Shown: positions 37,191-49,384 of the stretch, piece by piece
How positions within the stretch are numbered: the stretch's first letter is position 1
Layout: each line of letters begins with the position of its first letter
Source: Balanoglossus misakiensis
Taxonomy: Eukaryota; Animalia; Hemichordata
Assembly (NCBI GenBank): GCA_040954595.2
Contig: CM082576.2
Location: 6,327,129 to 6,391,128 of the forward strand
DNA length: 64,000 nucleotides
Reading direction: 5' to 3'
Translations under genes and position numbers: made by a program
Notes under the pieces: generated by a model
Told to the model about the DNA's origin: nothing
The model's database searches: none
The model's input: only the letters and a program-made list of their open reading frames with translations

Positions 37191-38840
37191 ATGGACGCTC
37201 CCCAACCAGCACAGCCAGTCAACAATGTAGTGGGAGCTGTTGTGGCAGTCTTGGAACAGCAGCAAGCCGAGCCAGCCCAGAACGTGGCCATCGGTGGCAA
37301 CGCTCAAAGCGGGCTGTCAAACCAGTGCACCAGTCAGCCATCCACCCAGACGCGCAGCGGCGACACATCCTTTGGTGACAGCACCTCTGAAGGAGTGGAA
37401 TGCTACGGCAACGAGAGGAACGCACTTGCAGAGCAGGCCAAGTTTTATAACAGCTCCGTTCTGAGTGACATCAAGCTGAAGGTGGGCGGCAAGGCATACC
37501 ATGCCCACAAACTTGTTCTGGTGCGATCTAGTGAGGTCTTTGAACGAATGTTCAGCTCTGATTGGAGTGACCCAAGTAAGAATGTGAGTATAACTCCCAG
37601 TGTTATAACCAAATTAAAACATGCTGTTTCATTATTTGTTTTACATTTTGTTTCAGTATTCGTGAAGCAATAAGGATGACAAATGTCACCAGTTCCTTAC
37701 ATTTCATTTCACCGTCTGATAACCTTATTACATTGTCTCAATTTGCAGGAGCTAGAACTTGTAGAGGACCCCGCCTGTGTTGATGTCTTCTCCAGTTTCT
37801 TGAAGTTTCTCTACAGCTGTAATATCACACTGAACACCGAGAATTCACTGCCAGTGTTGGCGCTTGCCGACAAGTACGACGTGAGTGACCTGCGCAACGT
37901 CTGCATCAACCACGCCACTTCATTCATTATTCCAAAGCTGCAACTCAAAGATGTGTTCCACGTCTGGTTCCAGTACGCCACAAAGTGCTACCACCAGAAA
38001 CTGATTCGGAGTTGCGTCACCGCGCTCTCTCCCAAGGCCGACGACATCATGGGCACGCCGGAATGGGAACACGAGTGGCTGGACCTGGAGAAGGAGCAAC
38101 TCATCGAGATTCTGAAGAGTTCGGAGCTCACCATCAGAGACGAGTTCACTCTGTACAGTGCACTGGAGAGATGGCTGCAGGCCGGCAAGTACCCAGAACG
38201 CCAGAAGAACCTGGAAGGGCTTCTGAAAGAGCTTCTGCAGTACGTGCGCTTTCCGATGATGACCGCCAATCAGCTGTGCGAAGTGGAGCGGAGCGCATTC
38301 GCCGAGAAGTTTCCGGGCTTGTTCACGACGTATCTCATGACGAGCTACAAGTACCACGCGCTGTCTTTGGAAAGCAGAGAAGCTTCTAAAGACTTCACCT
38401 CCTCCAGCTTCCTCCTGCGCAACTACACCGACCTGCGCTGGGACAAGAGAATAATCATCGAGAACTACTCGCAGTTTGCAAAGTGCTCGGAAATCATGCC
38501 CCGTTTCACCACCCGATCCTCCACGTTCCCCCTCACCAGCTGGGACTGGGAGATCAAAATCCACCCCAAGGGCGTCTCCACCAACAGCGACGACTTCCGC
38601 GCCGTTCTGTACTCCAACTTGATTCTGGATCAGCCCAGGCCCATCGAGTTCATGCTGTCAATAGTCGACAACAACCGAGTGCTGAAGACCGTAACGGGCC
38701 GAAAGAATTTTTCCAAGACCAGATACACGGCCGACACAGAAATCGATAAGAAGGTCTCAGCGAGTGAGCTGGGACCAAATTCCCCGCTCTTGGTGAACGA
38801 CAACCTGATACTTCAGATTATACTAAAACCAGTGGAGTGA
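37191..38840 (+). CDS. BTB/POZ-BACK protein (BTBD17-like) paralog 4, two coding exons
   Basis: Exons 37191-37583 and 37749-38840 join in phase 0 (WSDPSKN|ELELVED); LSDIKLKVGGKAYHAHKLVL, LADKY, VRFPMMT, WDWEIKIHPKG...LLVNDNLILQIILKP; non-coding exon donor near 36113. Confidence 0.92.
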
Positions 38841-41800
38841 TTCTTGTAAGCAGTGAATGTTTTACTGCTGTAATATTGGATGATCGCATCCAAGTGACCA
38901 AAGTCTGTCTGGTGTCGTTAGGTCATAAGGGTCCAATTTAAGTACATACAAAAATGTGAAAATTACGTCCTGTCAAATGGTAATGTGAAAGGTAATAAAG
39001 CTGAAACTTAGAATTTGACTACTTTTGTTCAGTACCGGTATATCAAATAGAGAGTCAGTTTTCTCACCACAACCTCTGTGTGCATGCTAGCATTTCTATT
39101 GATAAACATTGAGTTATGTTCATTTCTCAGCAACAGTGTCTTTTACATACCACCAGTGCATGCAAAGATCGTACCAAAAGTTCAAGCCAATTGCAAGGTT
39201 CCTTCAACTTTTTCTGACTGTCAGTACAGCTGTGTAGCTGTACATAGTATCACAGTGTGCAATATCCGAGTATTGTTGTTTCATTGTCAACAGTTCTGAC
39301 ATTGAGGCTGTAAACATTATAAACTATGTTTTTTTTTTCAATTTAGCATGAACACAGACCAATGCAACTCTTCATAACGTGCCTAAGTATTAAATCGACT
39401 AATTTTCATCATAGCTACATATCGGATTATCAGTATCTGCCAAAAGCAGACACACAGAATTTCACTGTTTGATACCATTTTTGCTTTGTCTTGCCAACTG
39501 ATATGTCAGACAGACAATTCTCACTGTGAATTTTTGTAGAAAAATTAGTGTCTTCTGAAGTTATTGAAAATGAGTGGATAGAATATTGAATAGTGGTAGG
39601 GATATATTGAATATTGGATAGTGGTAGGGTTGTATAAAAACTTTTCTTGTTTTGGTTGTGTGTATGCTGAACAATCTTCTGCATTATTTTGTCCAAATCC
39701 ATTGTGTTCTATGGTAAAGTTGGATCTTTACAGAGGGACATGGGGTGAAGGGGTAAATTTTACCTGGTGTGCTTTATAATGGCAATATGTGTATTTATAC
39801 TTGCAAGGATTTATTTTAATCAATACATTGATTTATAAATGTGAATTGTAACCTTAATTCAAAGATGCATTTATTGAGTACATTTTCTGCTAAACAACAC
39901 AAAAAACTTAACTGCAAGCATTTAAAGAGACTAATTTTATATTTAATAAATATATTATTTAACCATCAAAAACAAAATGACCAAAATTATGAATTTGATT
40001 GGAATTTAATGAAGAGTATTATTAATTGCATTTTTTAATGATCACGCACAGAGAGGAGAAATTTCTATAAGATTTCTTTTGGGTCAACATTGCAGTATGT
40101 GTAGTCATTTTATATTTCAATAATTGCTTTTTATGTGGATTCCCTTTTTGCTCTACATGTTACATAAAACGATTTTATATTGTATGTATACTTTTCTGCT
40201 AGACTATCATATCATTCGTAGTTCTTTCATTTTCATTTTTTTGTATGCTCCCACAAAGTCCTTGTGAAGTCCTGAAATTTTTTAACCATGCTTCAACTGC
40301 TGTTAAGTGAAATCACTTGCCAAGATTGTTCAAGCCTTGGTGGTTAGAATCACAATCTCACATAAGCACTTTCATATTGGTTCCTGAACAATCAATGAAT
40401 CATTCTTTTCAACTTCAAATTTCCTTTGTAGTACATGTAGCATCAACTGATGCACAGAAACTTCAAGCTTCAGCATGTATGGACATTTCAAAACATTGTG
40501 TATGTACTTTTTGTGTGAGAATGTTATAAATCTAGGCATTAAAATATTGTCAATGTTCCAAAGTAATTGTGTGACCAGTTTCCATTGATAAGCTCTTACT
40601 GATTTGTGTGTGAGCATGCATTTATGCATGTACATGTATGTACGTGTGTTGTGTCCGTACGTAAGATTTACTGACGTTTCTAGCAGAACTCATAGTGAGG
40701 GCAAATGTCATTGAAAATAAACTTGCATTTCATAAGACCTGAACTTGGATACTACCGGTACCACCCCTGATCTCACAGCCCAAATGCCAACTTCCCTTTA
40801 CACCTTGAGTACAATCAAACACCACTCTCAAAACACACAAACACAGAACACTTTGTAGTTTTGTAAATTTTGGTTGTACTTGTCATCATCAGTATGATTT
40901 ACAGCAAGTTTTGATGTGATGCTACCAAAAAAAGGAGTCTCACAAAAAAAGGAAATATACTTCACAGTATAAATAACAGGCACATGTAAATCCAGCATCT
41001 GTCTTTTATGTAGAATTCTAAAAAAAGGTTTGCAAGCTATTGCCGAGATAAAAAAACAACATGTATTGATACAGTAGGTCAGTGACTGAAATGTCACACA
41101 AAAAACTGATGGATGTGATGAAAGTCCGGTTGAAGAAAACAAGGTCTGCAAACATCGCAGGTGTACGTTTCCAATACTGCATCCTTCATGTGGTCACACT
41201 ACCTCTGCTGTCATAGTAACTATACGCTCGCTCTAATACTGGGAAATATTTACGCTACAGAAGGTAGATCAGCTGATCACGTTATGGCTTACAAGTAATG
41301 GATCAAGAAGTCACGACAAATTCCCAGTCCCCGCCGTTTATCCCACACACAATAGACGAGAAGTTTTGTGTGGGAGCTACTTTAGCCAAAATTGTGATTT
41401 TCTGCATTTCTGTTACGACAGCAGAGGTAGCATCAACATGATGATGCAACGAGGAAACAAACAAACCAAACCTGAAAATCGCAAATTGTAATTCAGAATT
41501 CTTTAACGACTTGGTCAAGTATAGTGAGAGCTTTTCTGCATTGCCTCCCTGACTGACTGGTGCTATGCAGTCAGTCAACAAGTTTTACCATAGAAAATCT
41601 ACAATCACAGTGTCTACCTAGAAAGATATGTGAACACATGGCAGGTACAGTGAACTGATAGCTGAAAATTTGGTGTTATCCCAATAAACAGGGTTGCTGC
41701 ATGGGGCACTGATACAAACATGTCAACCTTTAACATTCACATTATATACTGTTTTGCCCTGAACAATATAGAAAAGGTGTATGTCAAAACTTTCACCCCA

Positions 41801-42932
41801 TTTGTTTGGCATATCAAAGTGAGGGGGAGGGGGTAGCCCAAATTCTGGAGGAAAAGGTAAACACTTGCATTTATTAAAACCTATCACAGAAACTAACAAA
41901 CTTCAAAATACTCAAATTGGAAGTCTCTTGCTGGATGATTGTGTAATTTGTCTCAAGGAATTTTGTACTAGCCCCCCAACAGCAGTCTTTAAAAGTTAAG
42001 GAGAGGCTTATGGATAATAATAAAAAAACAATTATAATTTTTTGATAAATATTTCAAACCTATCTCTTTCAAGCAGATATTGATTTTGATGGCGAGAGGT
42101 TGAGCTTTTGTAAAACTCATTTGAAATAATGATACAACACGATAAAAAAAAATACACACTAATAGAAAATGCGATGAACACAATTGATACTGGTCCGATG
42201 TACCCACTTGGTTTACTGTACAGCCTTATTCGATTTGTTCCTTGTGAAAAACACACACAACACTGCACGACATACATACATACTCTGGATTGAAAGGTTA
42301 TGTGCCTAGTTTGGCATTTTCACATTCTGTTCTGGCTGCAGACTACATGAATAGTGTAAATTTATTATTCTGGCTCATGCTTGTTTTGTAAAACATGTTA
42401 CTACAAAGTCATCAGAGTCTCTGGCTACGTACACTCATAGAAGCATTCACCACACATCCATCAACCAGTAAACACTGTGCATACATCAGACCTGTATAAG
42501 TTTTTTCCCGGAATAAAATCCACACCTCTGACAGACCTGAGCATTGCAAAAAAAGTCAGGAAGGGAATGCAGTCACAAAGGTTTGATTTGCAAAGAAAAC
42601 TGATGATCTTGGAGATTATACTGCGAGGTTTAGTACCTTCACTCTCAAAATGTTTTGAATCACAGAAGGTATAAAGTTCACTTTATGAAGTTATGTAATG
42701 ATTTTCAACGGATGTGTACACAAAATTGTGTACTTTAAAACTTACTTTTTTGTTTCAAGATTCGGACACATTCTTACATACTAATTAACATAACAAATTT
42801 GCAATTTTGTAAAAAAAGAAAATGGATCGCATACTACCTTGGTGGCTTTAATTCCTCAAAATTGCATTTTTACAGTGAATGCTACATGTAGTCCAGTGTC
42901 TGCTTGTATTCATGTATCACCAGGTATGTTTT

Positions 42933-42976
42933 ACTACAAATGACAGAAAAGGGCCAACCTTCCTGTCATTTGTAGT
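42933..42976 (-). other. Stem-loop in the presumed WDR20 3' UTR
   Basis: 14-bp perfect arms ACTACAAATGACAG/CTGTCATTTGTAGT; on the minus strand extends to a 19-bp stem with two G-U pairs and a 6-nt loop. Confidence 0.6.
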
Positions 42977-43285
42977 CTAGAATCTTTACAGAACTTGTAA
43001 ACACTTGTCCAGATTGTAAAGGATGAACTAGTTACCTATGCCTGGTGACACACCTGAGTGCAATATTTTACCAAACGCGTTCATGTGTGTCGCATTTTTA
43101 TGTACTTGACATGACCCATGGAATACAGAGCCTTACGTAATTCAACTGAAGCATTGCATTAATCTTCTTCATCAGCCACACCTGCACCAAGCTTTTTTTT
43201 GTAATGGTAAGATTTGTGTCTTTGCGTCTTTAGATTACAATATTATACAAATTTTACAAGTCCTCTTGTGTTTTACTTGTTCTGC

Positions 43286-46200
43286 TCAGACAACTGTGCC
43301 CCCTCCACTGTGTTGTGACATTCCCTGTGTGGAGAGAAGACAAAATCATATATTAGAAAAATAGTCAAAGAGCCCCTCATACAGGAGATCATGTTTCTCA
43401 GTAGCACAATGAGGCAAACATCAATGACTGACCCTTTCACCCCTATTCCCCTTTGGAGAGGTCCAACTTTGCAATGAAAAACAATGGATTTGTCCATTTA
43501 CTGTTGAGGCAGTAGTATCTAAAAGTTTCGCCAAATAGCAGTGCACTTTTCAATATCCATTACATGTGGCTTGATTTAGATAAAGTGAACATACACCTTT
43601 GATAATCTTTTCACAGGTCTGATACATGTATTGTGCCACTACAAAACAATACATTCACTCAAAGTCAGTGTCAATGGATGCATCAAGCATCACTATTAAT
43701 GAGATGCAAATATATTCGTTTCCATAGGTCAACAGGGGGCGCATCCAGCACCACTTAATCATGATATGCAAATACATTCATTTCCCATAAGTCAATAGGG
43801 TTAAATCAGGTAGAATTTTTTTCCAATTTTACCAAATTATGGATTTAGGGACAGCAAAGAATTTATTAATTAAACTTAATAAAATTAAAAGTACTCTTCC
43901 TAACAAATGAAGGTCAAAGAACATAAAGCAAGTGTAATATTCTGCACTCTTTTTGTGAAAAACTTATTAACCTAGTCACATCAACCCTTCATAGACATTG
44001 ACTTGCCCAGATATGGTACCCCTTACTTGCCAGCTACTAGGTAACTCTGGTTTTTCTGCATTTTTCGAATAAATCTTTCGCCTTTTACTAAAGATTTCCG
44101 TGCAGAAGAACAAGAAATGAGTCTATAACAATTTTTAGCATGCCCTACTTCACAGTGGGGCAAATATACAAATATAAAATTAGAACCTAAATGAATGTGG
44201 AATGTGGAGCAAGACTTGGACATTCTCTCTCAAAATGCAACAGAAATTGGTGTACAAACCAGATGCAGAAATCATCACCCATTGCAAAGCTTATTCATTT
44301 CTTAATTTTTGTACACAATGTAACGGGGATGTGGGCTAGACCAATTAAAAACTTTGAGATGCAGCCCAGATTTTGAATTAGTTTTAACAGCTTTATTTTA
44401 TGAAAAGGAAAAGAAATGGTTTAGAGAGTACATGAACTCACTTTAGTCTATCATACACGACTCTACTTTTATTGGTAACATGCTCTGCTTGTTGGAGGAA
44501 AGTTATCCCCCCCCCCCCCCCTAGCATCCCTACACTAAAGCCCTACTACACAGGGAGTCATGCTAAAGATGTGTTACCTACCACTTTGCCTGGTCTCGCC
44601 CAGGTACATACAAAACCCTCTTGACAGGATGTTACTATACAGTCTTCCCTGAACACCAGTGCCGTCAGTCGTTCGTGAGCAATCTTTTTAACTACTAAAG
44701 CTTCCAACATTGGCACTTCGTCTTGTCTGGGGCACATTGGTGTCCCAATGGCTTTCATTGCATCCTCCAGAATTCTATTATGCATCTTACTAAGCGAGTT
44801 GAGTTTGTCTCCACTTTTGCTCGATACACTGTTCTTCTTCTCAGATTTGTCATGTTTGTGCCTGTCGGAAAGACTGAGTCCAGATATCTTACTGGTTAGA
44901 TGTCCCATGCTGACGTTGCCGTCTGCATGTCCAGTTGCATTGGCCATTGATCGACTTGGATTGGGCGTACTATTGCACCTAGGTGGGGTACTTTGCTGGC
45001 TGATTTGTGTTTGGTTCAGCGTATTAGTCCTGCCACGGCCAAGTGGCTGGTGTGGAAACAAGACGTCCTCTGTGAGGTCCCACAGACACAGCTGCGTGTC
45101 CTGACCGACAGATCCGAATCTGTAAGTGACCGTCGGTCTGTGGTCGTCCGGGTTGATCGCCGATGCCCTGCTGCCTGCCCTGTCACGCAGGTCCGTGTTG
45201 TTTATATGCGTATTGAAATCATCGTCGCTTCCAAAGAAGTCCGCATGATTATTCTGCGTCTGTGTCACATACGAATCAAACGCAACCACGCTGATCCACG
45301 ATTTGTGTCCACGTCCCCTGGCAATGACCTTCCTCTCGTGAAAGGAATAGACAGTCACTAGGTCGTCCTCTCCGCCCGTCACAATATACTTACTGTCCGG
45401 ACTCCAGCAGACACAGAGTAGACCTCCAAAGAAACTCTTCATCTGGGAGTGGAATTCCATAGTGTCATACAGAAATATGCGCAAGAAGCCATCTTGTGAC
45501 ACCGTCGCTAAGTATTTCGAATCGGGAGAAAACGCAAAATCGTTCAACGCCCCTTCACCTATGACCCATCGGAACATGGGATTCCGTGTGGACTTGCTCT
45601 TACAAGTGTAAATTGCATAGCCGTCTCCTTGTTTCAATGTCTGATAATGGGGAGCAGTGTTGCCGACCGGGTGTTCTTCATTGTAAAGGTACATGTTACC
45701 GCTTCCATGAGCTACAAGGAACAAGTGTTCGGAACCTGGCACCCACTTGAGACAAGTCACTCTTGTCTTGTCTATAAGTCTCTGAAATGCAAACATGTAC
45801 ATAATCGTAAGACATCGTGGTATCATTGTTAATCTATCTGAAAATGCACACCTATATTTGAATATTGAGTATACAAGAAGCTCTGGCTTAAAAATTTTAA
45901 AATGAGTGTAAGAAACAAACTCCAAATAAACATGTTTGGTATATGTAATTTTCAGCACAGACAGTTTTTACTTCACTTGTTCTACCTTACCTCTTCATTG
46001 AATAACTTGGTATTTTCTTTCTTGATAGGATCAATGAGTTGCACCTGGCCGGCCGAAAAGCCGACCAATAGCGAGACACTTTGACTGCTACATGTAAATT
46101 GGTTGAAGTCATGACAAGTTGGTATTGTGCCCTTATATGTTCTCTTATCAATTGGTTTGGTCAAATCTGCAGCCTAAAAATAACAGAGATACGCAGCTGA

Positions 46201-47107
46201 GTCAGAGATATCTATCTATCAATGGTTAGGGATTCCTTCAAAATATGCAGTGTGACAAATCTTCGTTTCTTGCACACCTGTGGGTGTGGCCTACCTGAAC
46301 TGATGACACACTTTGTCTCATTATGACATTACCTATGTTCCTACCAGCAGCAATAGAGATGCAATTTGTGACATAAGGTGCTAGGGTTTAATATTACACT
46401 GTTTCAAAATTCCTTGATCGGGGTTTGAAGCTTTTGCTCTGAGCAATGGCTGCACTTCCGCCATCCTTCCTGCTGTTGTCGATTGTCGGCATGACATTAC
46501 ATAACCTGTTTTTAATACAAGGAACTGAGAGGAGACCTCGGCCGACTATTAGCAGCACAGAAATCGCCATTAATTAACATACGTCGTTGCAGTTACAGCA
46601 AAATTACAAAATTTGCTCGCAAAAAGGCCACACCACAGACTTGTATATTTATGTGTATGTTGTCGTACTTTAGCCACCGTGCACCGTCTGCACATCGATC
46701 GCATGTTTACACAAGACGAAGTCACCGACCTATGCAAAGTAAACTCATCGGTTCAACTGAGGTATGAAGGCTAATTTTCGGGAGAGCTTTTACATACCAG
46801 TATTCTGCAGAAGACAAAGGCGAGCATAATGCAAATGTGAATGACAGCATATAAGTTTACACACCTTCCGAATACCCTTGTAGATGTAGAAATACAGTTC
46901 TCTGCCAACATTGAAACAAATTCGGTCGCTACTCCCGGTCGGGTCCTTTATGTTTATAAAAGACACCTTAACAGGATGACAGCTTTGAGCATTGTATGGA
47001 ACCCTGTTTGGTCTTGAGTATTCGGAGAGAGTCATAAGTTTGTAAGTCCCTTCTCTTGTGGTAAATTGGGTCTTAACTTCGTCTTTTCCTCCTCCCTCCG
47101 CCGCCAT
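43286..47107 (-). CDS. WDR20: WD repeat-containing protein 20 (USP12/USP46 cofactor)
   Basis: Exons 46865-47107 (KTQFTTREGTYKL...EYSRPNRV...DRICFNVGRELYFY), ~45991-46173 (KPIDKRTYKGT.PTCHDFN), ~44582-45782 (LATVSQDGFLR, GGEDDLV, YRFGSVGQDTQLCLWDL, KIAHERLT) and 43286-43324 (GMSQHSGGGTVV*). Confidence 0.95.
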
Positions 47108-47903
47108 CTTGAATTCGACATTGGGAAAGTATAAATACCCGGATGTGAGCTTCTGACATCGACAGCAAGCAATGGACAACATAGACTTGTTCTATACGTG
47201 TTTCGTGTACAATTACAAATACTGTATAATTCGCATGCTTATAATATACTGAAAAACTTCTCTATCATCGTTTTATTATAATTAATTCAGAAAGAATATC
47301 TACTGCTGTATCAAGTAATATGATCTTCTGGGCTGAGGCTGAACAGGCGACCTTTGACCTCCCATCTCAATCACCTGATTCATGTACAGAGCGGGCAACA
47401 TGACAAATGTTTTGACAGAGAAGGGACAGGTATTGATTACAGTTTGACAGGTTATTTTTTTTCTTCGGAATCCCAGGTATATTTGCATGTAAGTAGCTAG
47501 AATGTAAGTGTTCTATCCAAACATGTACACCTGCCCAATTTATGGCAAGTTGCAGAAGTGAATGTTTAGGCTAGAGCGTAGAGGGCGCTGTCGGTCGTCT
47601 GCTCACACGTACGTTATCGTGTGATTGTTCAATATAGTTTTTGCTGTTTACAGTTTTACTTAAACCTGTTGACTGGTTTTCATTTCCAACAACAAAAATA
47701 TGTAAAAGCTACTTTTGGTATATTTAATAGTAAATGATAAAGTTTTAGAAAATAATTGCGAAAAAGTACAAATGAATACCCAATCATTTCAGCTTTTGGC
47801 CTCACACAACATACAATAAAACTTTGAATATGATGTTTCTACTTTACAGACTGCTGAATTTGTAATGTGACGTCGACTCAGTTGGATTTGACTCTCAGAC
47901 CAT

Positions 47904-49384
47904 ATGTCTGAAATAAAAGTTCAGCAGAGATCTGAGGAGTGGTTTGAATTGCGTCAGTGTGTACAACTGACGGCATCTCAGTTTGGTGAAGCGTTAGGAG
48001 TTGGAAGAGGGAGACCCTTCGACTTCTTTCTGGCATTACTCTCTGATTACACAACTTCTGAGGTACTAATAATTCAGTATTTCAATCATAGGTATTTTTA
48101 ATGAAAATTAGAACACTGACAATCTGAATTATTTAAAGACATCTTATATGATGTTACTGTTAGATAAATGATGATGATTTCAAATTATGGCCATCAATTT
48201 TATGTGGAATACGCTTAAAATTCAACTGGTCATTTTGTCACTGACAGACAATTGGTGATAACGACAATCAGTACACCAAACATGGCAGAGAGCTGGAACC
48301 AGTCATCAATGAAGCGTACCAGATACTGACAGGTCGCACAACACAAGAGACAGGATTTTGGTTGCCAAGCAATGATTCCTACCTATCCGGGCTTGTTGGG
48401 GCATCACCGGACGCCAAGGTAATAAAACAACACAATAAACTACACAGAGTGACAAACACTGCCCAAGCTATGTGTATCAGAAAAGCCCAAGGATAAACCT
48501 TTTCAGGGGAAATGAATTTTCTAATGCACTCCATGATGTATATTTTGTTTGATAGGTATTGAACAAAGCTGGGATAGACACCCTGGGTCTTGCTGAATAC
48601 AAAGCGCCTGTGCATCAAATGTATAGTCTCACACAGAAATGCACTCATCATGGAATTCCAAGAAACTACATGGCCCAGGTAAAGTGTGATGTGTGTATTG
48701 TACAGTACACTCTGATAGGCAACACACTTTTGAAATAGATCTATGATATTACTGTAAATATAACAATGTAATCATAATTGTTTGCACCGGTATTGTCCTA
48801 AATAAATGACATGACATCATGATATTGACTTGTTAAACTTGTTTCTTTTGAAACTATTTCCTTTGCAGAACAATTTCTTCACATCACACCGTTTTACCAG
48901 TAATCTGAAAGAAATACCAGTGCTTTTCATTTGCTGACAGCATGTGACCATTTTCACCAAGATGGATGTTTCTCTGTTCTCCTTCAGATGCAAGGACAAA
49001 TGTTCATCTGTGATTTTCCGTGGTGTGATTTCATGGCAGTGTGTTGCCAGACGAAAGAAATTCAGCTTTTACGGGTCTTTGCACAGCCTTCATACTGGCT
49101 GCACATATCTACCAGGATTCATGACTTCTGTTTGGTACTCAGGGAAGCCAGGAGGCGGAAATCACAAGGGTTATCCTACACCGATTTTGAAGGTAATGTG
49201 CAAAAGTAAAACTTTGATCCATGTACAGAATACTAATTGTAGCTCAAATTACTTTGAAAAAAATAATTTGTTGAAATGTCCATGTTTTTCCCTAGGTGCT
49301 GTAAAGCTCAAATCCTTCCCTATTGTTGAAAGTTATCTCCCAGGAGAGGCAGCTATCGTCATTGAAGATTTACTTGAGGTATGA
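47904..49384 (+). CDS. Stand-alone YqaJ / lambda-exonuclease-like PD-(D/E)xK nuclease, 5 coding exons, 248 aa
   Basis: Exons 47904-48062, 48248-48418, 48556-48678, 48988-49192, 49296-49384 total 747 nt in frame. Motifs QRSEEWFELR...LTASQF, KHGRELEP, GASPD, AEYKAP, YMAQMQGQM...WCDF. Confidence 0.88.

Noticed and set aside
38841-43285. 4.4-kb gap between BTB4 and WDR20 as a hidden gene
   Set aside because: AT-rich with only short motif-less ORFs; best explained as two convergent long 3' UTRs.
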